A stretch of DNA of 64,000 bases, taken from assembly GCF_964204865.1 (NCBI RefSeq), contig NC_135257.1, positions 22,072,001-22,136,000 on the forward strand. Reading direction: 5' to 3'. The translations under genes and the position numbers were made by a program. The notes below the pieces were generated by a model that made no database searches, was not told where the DNA came from, and saw only the letters and a program-made list of their open reading frames with translations. This document shows, piece after piece, positions 63,934 to 64,000 of this stretch (position 1 is its first letter; the number at the start of each line of letters is the position of its first letter). Origin of the DNA: Styela clava (Eukaryota).

Positions 63934-64000
63934 TGAACAGCCCTCGACCCAGTCCCTGTCTTATCTTTCTCAGCCTTCCTATCCCTGACCCAGTACCCTA

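Overview
AT-rich animal genomic DNA with spliceosomal introns. It is probably from a marine invertebrate such as an ascidian, but that is inferred from gene and transposon style only. The backbone is a tandem cluster of three intact 7-exon minus-strand genes (9185-12512, 26040-29388, 45282-48651). Each encodes a secreted ~350-aa protein: signal peptide, Cys-rich N-domain, coiled coil, Thr-rich linker and an atypical C-type lectin domain (CTLD). Copies 1 and 2 lie in a ~16-kb tandem segmental duplication (junction ~16654). That duplication also carries a decayed Mutator/NOF-like transposase fused to Ulp1-like and USP-like protease domains, a 37-bp minisatellite and an I/Jockey-group LINE. The rest is nested transposons: two hAT elements with 8-bp TSDs, a mini LTR element, a Harbinger-type MITE inside a tRNA-SINE, a near-intact CR1/L2-group LINE and a hAT transposase pseudogene. 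The most unusual signal is at 33476-43151. Five diverged L1/Tx1-type retrotransposon pieces are stacked head-to-tail. Each ends, just before its poly(A), in a structured box C/D-like RNA module (terminal stem + RTGATGA ... CTGA, internal kink-turn, covarying hairpins).
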